Of a stretch of DNA of 64,000 nt, positions 63,717 to 64,000 are shown one piece after another (the first letter of the stretch is position 1; each line of letters begins with the position of its first letter). The stretch covers positions 103,473,962 through 103,537,961 of the forward strand of contig NC_068983.1 in the NCBI RefSeq assembly GCF_001194135.2. The letters run 5' to 3'. The translations under genes and the position numbers were made by a program. Origin of the DNA: Octopus bimaculoides. Lineage: Eukaryota. Under the pieces are notes generated by a model. It saw only the letters and a program-made list of their open reading frames with translations, searched no databases and was not told the DNA's origin.

Positions 63717-64000
63717 NNNNNNNNNNTATATATATATATACATACATAACTGAACATTTATATATGTATATATATATATATATATACATATATATGTATA
63801 TTTATATATATACATATGTATATTTATATATATACATATATGTATATTTATATATATACATATATGTATATTTATATATACATATATATGTATATTTATA
63901 TATACATATATATGTATATTTATATATACATATATATGTATATTTATATATACATATATATGTATATTTATATATACATATATATGTATATTTATATATA
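63690..64000. repeat. AT-rich (TA)n-derived minisatellite (units such as TATATACATATATATGTATATTTA)
   Basis: Directly visible tandem array running to the window end. Confidence 0.95.

Noticed and set aside
1-64000. CRISPR arrays, rRNA, operon-like or viral gene clusters
   Set aside because: None seen; regularly spaced repeats are microsatellites or SINE arrays without unique spacers.

Overview
AT-rich, microsatellite- and repeat-dense eukaryotic DNA from a gapped draft assembly (about a dozen N-runs). The interspersed repeats look like those of octopus (coleoid cephalopod); that assignment is from my recognition of the families, not a search. I find no intact, identifiable protein-coding gene. 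Nearly all listed ORFs are artefacts of microsatellites, SINEs, N-gaps or transposon fossils. Supported content: four SINE-like families (several copies with clean TSDs), TTAA-flanked piggyBac-like MITEs, hAT/Charlie-type MITEs, a decayed Charlie/Buster hAT transposase (~30.5-32.7 kb), a decayed Tigger/pogo element (~16.9-17.7 kb), three RTE-clade LINE 3' fragments, Penelope-like palindromic repeats and a tRNA-Thr(UGU) pseudogene. Several well-formed minus-strand exon candidates (donor at 62481; 59894-60011; 51191-51325; 45313-45364; 9004-8886) suggest the window is mostly introns of a minus-strand transcript with non-coding 5' exons, but this is unproven. The most notable structure is a dense set of fold-back sequences at 56.7-61.8 kb, including a long inverted repeat that brackets one candidate exon. 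It is a candidate dsRNA, ADAR-editing or circRNA locus. I do not see convincing evidence of a wholly new biological system.
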